A stretch of 64,000 nt of DNA, from assembly GCF_009914755.1 (NCBI RefSeq), contig NC_060943.1; one strand, given 5' to 3'. Shown here piece by piece: positions 55,369 to 64,000 of the stretch. The DNA comes from the human T2T-CHM13v2.0 reference genome, Homo sapiens. A model generated the notes under the pieces. The model was given only the letters and a program-made list of their open reading frames with translations. It did not search any database and was not told where the DNA came from. Each line of letters starts with the position of its first letter. Within the stretch, counting starts at the first letter, position 1. A program made the translations under genes and the position numbers.

Positions 55369-58122
55369 TCATTTTTTCTCTGAATTTTCTATTTATTATT
55401 GCAAATGGGGTCTTGATGTCTACAATTTTTATGTTGCTATGTATGCCTTGCTTCACTTTTGTCAATATTTGCTTTATATATTTTGGAGCCCTGATGTTAT
55501 ATACACATATACATATAGATAGATAAATAATATAGTTACCGATTCCTGGTAAATTAACTCACTTTACCATAATATAATATCATTCTTTGTCTAATGGTAG
55601 TATTTGACCTATAGCATATTATGTCTAATATAATTGTGACCACCTCACTCAATTGTGGTTACTATTTTTATGATATACACATTTTTTTCCTTCTGTTACT
55701 TTCAGCCTATTTGACTCAATGCTACAATGAGTCTCTTGTAGGCAGCATACTGTATGCTTTTAAAGAAACCACTGAGGCATTCTATAGCTTTTTCTTCATA
55801 TGTATATATTTATTTATGTATTTATTTTGAGACAGAGTTTCACTTTTGTTGCCCAAGCTGGAGTGCAATGGCGTGAGCTCACTGCAACCTCTGCCTCCCA
55901 AGTTCAAGTGATTCTTCTTTGTCAGCCTCCCAAGTAGCTGGGATTACAGGCACCTGTCACCATGCCCAGCTAATTTTTTTGTATTTTAGGTAGAGATGGG
56001 ATTCCACCATGATGGCCAGGCTTGTCTTAAACTTCTGACCTCAGGTGATCTGCCCGCCTCTGCCTCCCAAAGTGCTGGGATTACAGGCATCAGCCACCAC
56101 GCCTGGCCTCATTTAACTTTGAGATAGGGTCTCACTCTGTCAACCAGGCTGATTTGCATGATTCACTGATGCCAGAACCTCCAAAACTCAGATGATCCTC
56201 TCATTTTAGCCTCTCAAACAGCTGGGTTACAAGTATGTGTCATCATAGCCATCTATGTTTTTTGTATTTTTTGTAGAGACAGAGTTTTGCCATGTTGCCC
56301 AGGCTGGTCTTGAACTCATGGGATCAAGTGATGAGCCTACCTTGGCCTTCCAAAGTCCTAAGATTACATTTGATTTTATTAAGTAGTATAATTAATTTAT
56401 ATTTACAATGAATAAACAAATGAAGTTGTCATTAGCAGTTAGATTGTTACTGTTTTATGTGTTTCTAGTAGTTATATTTTTCTCATCTCCTGTTTTACTT
56501 TCTTAATTTTCATTTTATTTTGTACTGGCATGCTTTCATTACTTTTTATCTTCTTTTGCATACTTTCTATAAATATTATCTTTGTAATCATCTTGAAAAC
56601 TGGAGATTACATACATCTTAAAGTTAAAACAATATGTTTCAATCTCATAACTTCAACTGAATACAAAAACTATGCCTCTATATTTTATGGTTTGTTACTG
56701 ATATAAAAATTATTTTATATGGTGTATCTATTAACATTTATGCAGATTTACATATTTCTTATATTTTATTAAAAAACTTTAAAGTTTTTATGTACCATCT
56801 TTTTTTTTTTTTTGAAACTGGGTCTCACTCTATTGCCCATGATGGAGTGCAGTGGTGTAATCTTGGCTCACTGTAACCTCCACCAGGCATGGTGGCTCAT
56901 GCCTGTGTTCTCAGCACTTTGGGAGGCCGAGGTGGGTGAATCAGAAGGTCAGGAGTTCGAGAGCAGCCTGGCCAACATGGTGAAACGCTGTCTCTACTAA
57001 AAAATACAAACATTATCCGGGCATGCTGGCAGGTGCCTATAATCCCAGCTCCTCAGGAGGCTGAAGCAGGAGAATTGCTTGAACCTAGAAGGCGGACGTT
57101 GCAGTGAGCCAAGGTCACACCACTGTACTCCAGCCTGGACAACAGAGCGAAACTCCGTCTCAAAAAATAAAAAAAAATATGTCTTTTGATTGGAAAGATG
57201 ATTATATATATATTTAAATCGTTTTCTGCAATAGAAAAACTTACTGTTATTTTTATTAATTGTTTTATTTGATTCTTCTATCTTTTTCACTCATTTTCTG
57301 TCTTTTTTGTGTTTTTTTAATTTTTTGTATTGATATGCTTTCAGTTTCTTATTTTCTTTTGTGTATCTATACAGCTATTATCTTAGTGGTAACATGGGGG
57401 ATTACATAAAACCTAAAAGATCCAACAATATATTTGAATGTGGTAAAAAAATTAACTTCAGTTATATACTGAAATTCTTCATCATTACATTTGCCTTCAA
57501 CTTTGTTACTGATTTTGCTAATTATATTTTTTATGTTGTATATTTATTAACAGATGTTAACAATAATTTCTATACTTTTATCTTTTAAATTTAGAGAGTA
57601 TTAAAAATGTTTTCTGTACCATTATGATGTTAAGAAATTCCATTTTTGTGTATGTGGATATCTTTTCCAGAAAGTTATGTATTTTCATAGATTATCTGTT
57701 GTTTTCTTGCATTATGTTATTTTCAGTGGAAGAAACTCCTTTTAGCATCTTTGATGTGTATGGTGTATGCAGTGCCAATATACTTTCTCAGGATTTGGTT
57801 ATTTTGGAAGCACTTGTTTTATTTGGTAGTACAATTTTGCTGATGGCATTATTGCATTTGACAGCTTTTTAAAAAAATTATTATAACTTTAGCAATATCA
57901 CAGTTTTTTTCTGACGTGTAAGAATGTTTTAAATAAATTCACTGGTGCCGGTTGTGGTGGCTCACGTCTATAATCCCAGCACTTTGGGAGACTGAGACGG
58001 GCAGACCACCTGAGGTCAGAAGTTTGAGACCAGCCAGGCTAACATGGTGAAACCCTGTTTGTACTGAAAATACAAAAAAGTAGCCAGGCATGGTGGCGCA
58101 CGCCTGTAATCCCAGCTACTCA

Positions 58123-58248
<126 letters not shown>

Positions 58249-60436
58249 TTATCTCATGAGACTATGCTTATAAATGGAACATCATTTTTATCTTGTAGCA
58301 CCCAAAATTCTATTCTTATATGTGATTTTTGAAATTTTGCTTATATATGTGTTTGTTATAAATATATTTGTGTGTATCTAAGTTTGTTCATTCAGCTTTT
58401 TCATGTTTACATCATATTTTCTTTTAATAAATTTTTCAGTTTTTTATATTTTTTATATCCACGATTTTCGGTTTTTTGGTATTTTAGTATTTCTTTTTAT
58501 AGTTGTCTGGGTTTCTATTTTTTTCTTATACAGAGTCTTTTTCTGTCACCGAGGCTGGAGTGCAGTGGCGTGTTCTCAGCCAGGCTGATCTTGAACTGCT
58601 GACCTCAAATGATCCACCCACCTCAGCCTCCTAAAGTGCTGGGTTTACAGGCATCAGCCACTGCACCCAACCTTTTTAATTTTATTTTTGAGACAGTGTT
58701 GCTCTGTTTCCCAGGCCGCAGTACAGTGGTACAATCTCCACTCACTGCAACGTTTCCCGCCTGGATTCAAGCAATTCTCCTGTGTCAGCCTTACAAGTAG
58801 CTGGGATTACAGGCACATGTCACCATGCCCAGCTAATTTTTGTATTTTTAGTAGATACAGGGTTTCACCATGTTGGCCAGGCTGGTCTCAAACTTCTGAC
58901 CTCATGTATTTTCCCACCTTGATCTTCCAGTGTGTTGGGATTACAGGAATGAGCCACCAACAGTGGGATGTTCAATTCATTTGGAATTTTAAAAATTACT
59001 TTGTATACTTTTTATGGTTGCTTTTGAAAAGTTTATAATTTTTTTGATGGGGCCATGTTCTAATATTTGGTATACATTATCATCTTTGATAGAGATTTGG
59101 AAATTAACAAAAAGCTACCTGTTACAATCTTTATAATATAGCTTTGTCCTGGCGTAGCATGAAATCAATTGTCTTGGCTAGAGATTCTGGGAATTTTTCA
59201 AACATGTTTTTAGGATGAGTCTTGTCTAAAATTTTGTGTTTATTGTTTAGTTAAATCAGCTTATTCATATCTCTTCTTAATAGTCAGTAATCACCTGCTA
59301 CACCCATTCCCTGTTTGCAGTTTCTCTGCTTCTCTATAATTTACCTTTAGACTCAGCAAACTCAAACTGTCATTCCAATGTATATCACCATTTTTTTTTA
59401 GCATTTTATGTCATGGGACACATTATCTGGTGTCTAAAAAAGCCCCTAGAAGACAAATAAAGATGTATGTGCCAATGTTTCTTGTTTTTTAAAAAGGAAA
59501 CCAGGAGTTGGCAATTTACATTTTTGTGTGTATGTGTGAGACAGAGTCTCATTCTGTTACCTAGTCTCAAGTGCAGTGGCATGATCTTGGCTCACTACAT
59601 TCTCTGCCTCCACAGTTGAAGCAATTCTCCTGCCTCAGCATCCCAAATAGGATTACAGGTAACTGTAACCATGCCTGGCTAATTTGTTTGTATTTTAGTA
59701 GAGATGGGGTTTTACCGTGTTGGTCAGGCTGGTCTCAAACTCCTGACCTCAGGTGATCCTCATGCTTTGCCCTCACAAATTTCTGGAATTACAGGCATGA
59801 GCTATCATGCCTTGTTGGCAATTTACTTTAAAAAAAAATTTTTTTTTGAGATGAAGTCTTGCTCTGTCGCCCAGGCCGGAGTGCAGTGGTGCAATCTTGG
59901 CTTACTGCAACCTCCGTCTCCTGGGTTCAAGAAATTCTCATGCCTCAGCCTCCTGAGCAGTTGGAATTACAGCGGCCCATGACCATGACTGGCTAACTTT
60001 TTGTAATTTTAGTAGAGATGGGGTTTCACCATCTTGGCCAGGATGGCCTTGAACTCCTGACCTCAAGTGATTCACCCATCTCAGCCTCCGAAAGTGCTGG
60101 TATTACAGGAATGAGCCACTGCACCAGGTTGGCAATTTACTTTTAAAGGCACAATGTTATACTGGAGAGCAGGAAGAGCTGTTGCATATAAGTAACAGAA
60201 TTTTCTTTATCTTCTATGTGACTGTTTGCATTGTGCTCACCTAGGGACTTTCACACACTTAAAACTCACTTATAAATTTTTTACAAATGTATTTTGGTCA
60301 GTATGTTTTTGTTACCTTTATATGTCCAGGAAGAAATTACAGCTTGTGGCATTTTGCTATGTCATCTTGCTTATGTAGTTTGTATAATTTTATAGGTTAG
60401 ATTTGTAAAGTATATTTATCTGAGTCTAGCAATTGA

Positions 60437-61603
<1,167 letters not shown>

Positions 61604-63990
61604 CAAAGGATTATTTTATTATTATTATTTTTTTGAGAGGTAATTCTGCTGTTGTTTCCCAGGCTGGAGTGCAATGGCATAATTTTGGCTCACCACAACC
61701 TCCACCTTCTGGGTTCAAGTAACTCTCCTTAGTAGCTAGGATTACAGGGCTGCACCACCACACCTGGCTAATTTTGTATTTTTAGTAGAGATGGGGTTTC
61801 TCCATGTTGGTCAGGCTGGTCTCAATCTCCTAACCTCAGGTGGTCTGCCTGCTTTGGCCTCCCAAAGTGTTGGGGTTACAGGCATGAGCCACTGTGCCTG
61901 GCTGACAAAGCTTTTTAAGGAAGTTCTCAACCCTTATTACACATAATTCATACTGGACAGAAACCCTACAAGTGTGAAGAATGTGGCAAGCCTGTAACAA
62001 GTTCTCAATTCTTTTATTTTTATTTGTTTATTTATTTTTTGAGATGCAGTTTCACTCTTGTGACCCGGGCTGTAGTGCAATGGCATGATCTTGGCTTACT
62101 GTGACCTCTGCCTCCTGGGTTCAAGCCATTCTCCTGCCTCAGCCTCCCAAGTAGCTGGGATTACAGGTGCCACCACCATTCCCAGCTAATTTTTGTATTT
62201 TTAGTAGAGATGGGCTTTTGCCATATTTGCCAGGCTGGTCTCAAACTCCTGACCTCAGGTGATCCACTCGCCTCGGCTTCCTAAAGTGCTGGGATGACAG
62301 GCATGAGCCTCAATTCCCAGCCATAAGCTCTTAATTCTTAAGAGACATGGCGATAATTCATGGTGAAGAGGAACTTTACAAACCTGAAAGATGTGACAGT
62401 GCTTTTCCCAACACCTCCAACTTTTCTATGCATAAAAAAAATTATACTACACCATAGAAATGTATGAAATGTGACAAAGCCTTTATATGGTTGCCACACT
62501 TTATTGTAGGTAATTCATACTTCCAAAATACCTACAAGTATGAAGAATGTGGCAAAACTTTTAATCAGTGCTTACACCGTATTTCACAGGAAAGCTATTA
62601 TCCTTGAGAAAAATTGTACAAATATAAAGAATATGGAAAAGCCATTAATGTCCATCACATCTTACTCAACAGAAGAAGGTTCATAAAAGAGCAATTACTG
62701 TGACAAAAATCTTTCAGAAAATATAAGCCTTTAAGGTGAAGAAGAGTATTGATTCTGAAGACAAGCATTACAAATATAAAGAGGTTTGTAGTACCTTTGC
62801 TTGTATTACAGATCTTATTGCCCGCGTTTTGTATTAGAAGGAAACCCTAAAGCGGTTGCCAAACTTTGTGCAACATCAGGGAATGTATATTGAAGAAGAT
62901 TCCTGCAAATGTAATGAGTTTGGAAACACTTCTTAGATAAATTATTTGTGGCTGGGCACAGTGGCTCATGCCTGTAATCCCAGCACTTTGGGAGGCCAAG
63001 GTGGGAGGATCACCTGATGTCGGGAGTTTGAGATCAGACTGACCAAAACGGAGAAACCCAGTCTCTACTGAAAATATAAAATTAGCCATGCATGGTGGCA
63101 CATGCCTGTAATCCCAGCTACTCAGGAGGCTTGAACCCTGGAGGCAGAGGTTGTGGTGAGTCGAGATCATTGCACTCCAGCCTGGGCAATAAGAGTGAAA
63201 CTCTGTCTCCAGGAAAAAAAAAAATTTATTTGTGTATAACTTTAAAAGCAGATTTTTGGAAGCATTGTAATTACATTAAAAGTATACTTGTTCCAGCTGC
63301 GTGTGGTGGCTCATGCCTGTAATCCCAACACTTTGGGAGGCCAAGGCAGGTGGATCACGAGGTCAGGAGTTCAAGACCATCTTGGCCAAGATGGTGAAAC
63401 CCTGTCTGTACTAAAAATACAAAAATTAGCCATGCATGGTGGCCGGCGCGTATAATCCCAGCTGCTTGGGAGGCTGAGGCAGAGAATTGGAATTGCTTGA
63501 ACCTGGGAGGTGGAGGTTGCAGTGAGCCGAGGTTGCACCATTGTCCAGCCTGGGCAACAGAGCAAGACTCCATCTCAAAAAAAAAAGTGTATTTGTTTCC
63601 TTAAAAAAATTTTTCTGAAAAGTGGGTAATGACATAATACAGCTTTCAAATTACTTTATGCTGTTATTTTATTCTTATTGTATTCACATGTGAAAGCATG
63701 TGATCAATTTTTGCTGCATCAGAGATATTAGAGATAGTTTTTTATTAATTGGGCATTTATGACCTTTTCTATAAAAGTAAGGACATTAAAATGTAAGATG
63801 CATGATGAAAATATAAGTGGAGAGGCTCTTTGTAGTTAACCTATATGAAGTAATGTATAAGGTAGGTCAGAGTAATACTTTTCTACATTATAGTGCAAGA
63901 AATAATTATTGATAAAAGTATATTAAACTAAATTCGTATATTTTACTTATTGTACTTTTATGTAATAAAATGCAGTGCATTTAAAAATTG
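61604..63990 (+). other. ZNF486: ZNF486 3'UTR with fossil zinc-finger repeats, four Alus and a candidate polyA signal AATAAA at 63964-63969
   Basis: Degenerate finger sequence (catactggacagaaaccctacaagtgtgaagaatgtggcaag at ~61949-61990 and more at 62350-62650). Antisense Alus at ~61610-61902 and ~62012-62322, sense Alus at ~62950-63222 and ~63295-63587. Confidence 0.7.
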
Positions 63991-64000
63991 TTAGATTATG

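Overview
Primate genomic DNA, almost certainly human because it carries a MAST2-spliced SVA_F1 element. It comes from a ZNF91-subfamily KRAB zinc-finger cluster, and the one spliced gene matches ZNF486 as I recall it (19p12). The gene is on the + strand with coding exons 30831-30860, 47856-47982, 49488-49583 and 60465-61603. In this haplotype codon 210 is TAG (60839-60841), just before the first of 9 intact C2H2 fingers, which predicts a 209-aa KRAB-only protein. Bases 1-~17257 are an old inverted paralog of ~29572-40872: the promoter, exon 1 and intron 1 of a head-to-head sister KRAB-ZNF unit that has lost both ATGs and whose CCAAT pair is split by an SVA. Each arm carries a BNIP3 processed pseudogene, and each pseudogene was hit independently by an SVA. 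The ~12 kb spacer is a nest of endogenous retroviruses (ERVL > HML-6 LTR3 > HERV-H > LTR5_Hs) plus L1 fragments containing a 166-bp triplication. There are four SVAs, two with 3' transductions. I see no wholly new biological system. The notable items are the KRAB-only nonsense allele and several precisely dateable retroelement and rearrangement events. Repeat family names come from remembered consensus sequences and were not checked by a search.
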